Assembly: GCF_001194135.2 (NCBI RefSeq) | Contig: NC_069000.1 | Coordinates: forward strand, 44,866 to 79,250 | Length of the DNA stretch: 34,385 bases | Direction: 5' to 3' | Source of the DNA: Octopus bimaculoides | Lineage: Eukaryota | Shown: one piece after another, positions 34,329 through 34,385 of the stretch | Layout of the letters: each line of letters begins with the position of its first letter | Position numbering within the stretch: position 1 is the stretch's first letter | Position numbers and translations under genes: made by a program | Notes under the pieces: model-generated | What the model was told of the DNA's origin: nothing | Databases searched by the model: none | What the model saw: the letters and a program-made list of their open reading frames with translations, nothing else

Positions 34329-34385
<57 letters not shown>
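34329..34385. repeat. (TA)n microsatellite at window end
   Basis: Direct reading. Confidence 0.95.

Overview
Eukaryotic, AT-rich, repeat-dense genomic DNA with five N-gaps. The microsatellite load and SINE/Penelope repeats suggest a coleoid cephalopod such as Octopus (inference). Two host genes face each other. (1) On +, eight GT-AG exons (2554-14868) splice in frame to the catalytic half of a PDE9A-type cGMP phosphodiesterase; its 5' exons are not in view and its last exon is uncertain. (2) On -, a 2.17-kb coding exon (24414-22246), probably joined to a short ATG exon (28118-28077), encodes an IFIT/TTC22-like TPR array fused to a C-terminal TIR-like domain, a candidate sensor-effector immune protein. 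PDE9 introns hold three different minimal type-I hammerhead ribozyme motifs with palindromic stem III, the form known from Penelope-like elements. One has a reciprocal G3:C8 core swap. The rest is decayed TEs (RTE, R4/Dong, CR1/L2, Penelope, Ty3/gypsy, Tc1/mariner, MITEs, SINEs) and microsatellites. All calls come from manual reading and remembered family motifs; no searches were run.
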